Source of the DNA: Deltaproteobacteria bacterium
Lineage (GTDB): Bacteria; Myxococcota; B64-G9
Reading direction: 5' to 3'
NCBI GenBank assembly: GCA_016935365.1
Contig: JAFGRB010000178.1
Location: forward strand, 389-64,388
Length of the DNA stretch: 64,000 nt
Below, piece after piece: positions 63,901-64,000 of the stretch (its first letter is position 1; each line of letters opens with the position of its first letter). A program made the translations under genes and the position numbers. The notes beneath the pieces are model-generated. The model made no database searches. It had not been told where the DNA came from and saw only the letters and a program-made list of their open reading frames with translations.

Positions 63901-64000
63901 GTGACATCCATTCAAGCGCCCTGTAAGGGCGCAGCAAGATGGAGCGCGCCCCTTGGAACCCGATCCGCCCCCGGCGTGTCCAAGCCTCCGTCACCGGCCG

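Overview
This is a ~70% GC, densely coding segment with no rRNA, tRNA or CRISPR detected. It is almost certainly from a myxobacterium (Myxococcota). The evidence is a MYXO-CTERM (GCGC...hydrophobic...RRR) tail on a secreted metalloprotease, a Myxococcus-type Cys-rich repeat lipoprotein, a CarD/CdnL regulator and pervasive antisense ORF artefacts. A core housekeeping block lies on the minus strand: ptsI-ptsH-EIIA(Man)-hprK/rapZ-ptsN-hpf-rpoN-lptB-lptA-lptC-like, lpxL, pyrG, rpsI-rplM, truA, asd, metK-ahcY and uppP. On the plus strand an AddB-like/AddA helicase-nuclease pair is also present. Accessory content includes: (1) a D12/Dam-family N6-adenine MTase translationally coupled (TGATG) to a 131-aa PD-(D/E)xK nuclease and driven by a near-consensus leaderless promoter, a compact candidate R-M/defence module; (2) a lower-GC AAA+/DUF4143 ATPase with twin palindromic operators; (3) two families of long palindromic repeat elements inserted exactly at gene 3' ends, one supplying the C-terminus of lpxL; (4) a 30-bp x6 tandem repeat encoding a secreted decapeptide-repeat protein; (5) an in-frame HprK-RapZ fusion ORF; (6) a four-gene overlapping FecR/LysM/CheY/HD-GYP signalling operon; (7) a 430-bp hairpin-rich non-coding island; and (8) several modular secreted proteins. 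Coordinates are from ORF-track arithmetic; start codons and repeat boundaries are accurate to roughly a few nt.
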